A stretch of DNA of 64,000 bases from Camelus ferus (lineage: Eukaryota): contig NC_045698.1 in the NCBI RefSeq assembly GCF_009834535.1, positions 7,008,001 to 7,072,000 of the forward strand. The letters run 5' to 3'. This document shows positions 63,244 through 64,000 of the stretch, piece by piece. The translations under genes and the position numbers were made by a program. How positions within the stretch are numbered: the first letter of the stretch is position 1; the number at the start of each line of letters is the position of its first letter. The notes beneath the pieces are model-generated. The model did not search any database and was not told where the DNA came from. It saw only the letters and a program-made list of their open reading frames with translations.

Positions 63244-64000
63244 GAGTTAATGCTACTTCCAAACCAATTACTGTAGCCAGTGAGGTGAGTTATTAACACT
63301 CTAATCTAGGCCAGGTGTCTGCCCTTTCATGGATGACAGCTGGGACCCATTCACGACCCACAATGTGGGACCAGGGAAAAGAGTGACTTCCAACAAGAAG
63401 GGTGGCTTAGAAATGACCACCAAAAGATGACCGTGAGGTGGGCAGCTGTCCCAGTCTGTCTATCATACATACCTAGTAATCTGGCTAAGGGATTCCTGAA
63501 ACCATTCCAGTCAAACTTATCATGGAATTTTAATTCTCTAAACTCACCAGAATGAGTCTTATTCCATTATTGCGTCAACTTGATAAATGCTACCCTGGTG
63601 AACCGAAATAGTTAACACACACCTTCAACCACTTCCGTATCCAAGAAATCTAATTCATTTCTTAGAAACTATCCCACTAAGTACTACATTAATCACTTGC
63701 CTTGTCTTCAAAACTACATGCTCTGTCAAAACACATCCTACAGTTTGATGTTAAACAGTCTGAAGCATTTATAACAATATAATGTATGCACGCTGTCAAA
63801 TTGCACCTTTCACCTTCCAGCAATTTTCTTTTCCTGAGAATTTAGTTTCCCCTCCATGGACTTTAGAATTGCTTGAATTCTTTAGCTCATTCTTTCAGGA
63901 AACGGAATTAATATTTAAAAGCAGTAACAGTGTAATTTCAAGAATGTCTCAGCAATAACCAGAGTTCCCATAACATAAATTTTCCTCTCCTTTTAGTTAT

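Noticed and set aside
1..64000. CRISPR array, rRNA or prokaryotic operon-type system
   Set aside because: The DNA is clearly mammalian, with no regular repeat-spacer array or dense ORFs.

Overview
Mammalian genomic DNA, most likely camelid: a Vic-1-like tRNA-derived SINE with a 12-bp TSD lies at ~45.0-45.2 kb, and there are young L1 3' ends. The window is largely interspersed repeat (L1, L2, MIR, MLT1/MLT2, ERV1 solo LTRs, hAT and Tigger DNA transposons, a Gypsy integrase relic) and contains no intact protein-coding gene. The main find is on the minus strand from ~31.9 kb to ~10.2 kb: about eight decayed coding blocks with many stops and frameshifts. Translated across frames, they give in colinear order the motifs of the GREB1/GREB1L family: a circularly permuted SF2-helicase-like module (Walker B and motifs III-VI first, Walker A 'SGxxQxGK' last), then a CxxC, a TAGT-type glycosyltransferase domain and a GREB1-like C-terminal tail. 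It is far too divergent to be a copy of GREB1 or GREB1L and looks like a unitary pseudogene of a third family member. A tailless 5'-half tRNA-Gly retrocopy with TSDs sits at ~55.4 kb. All family assignments were made by eye against remembered sequences, with no database search, and most coordinates are approximate.
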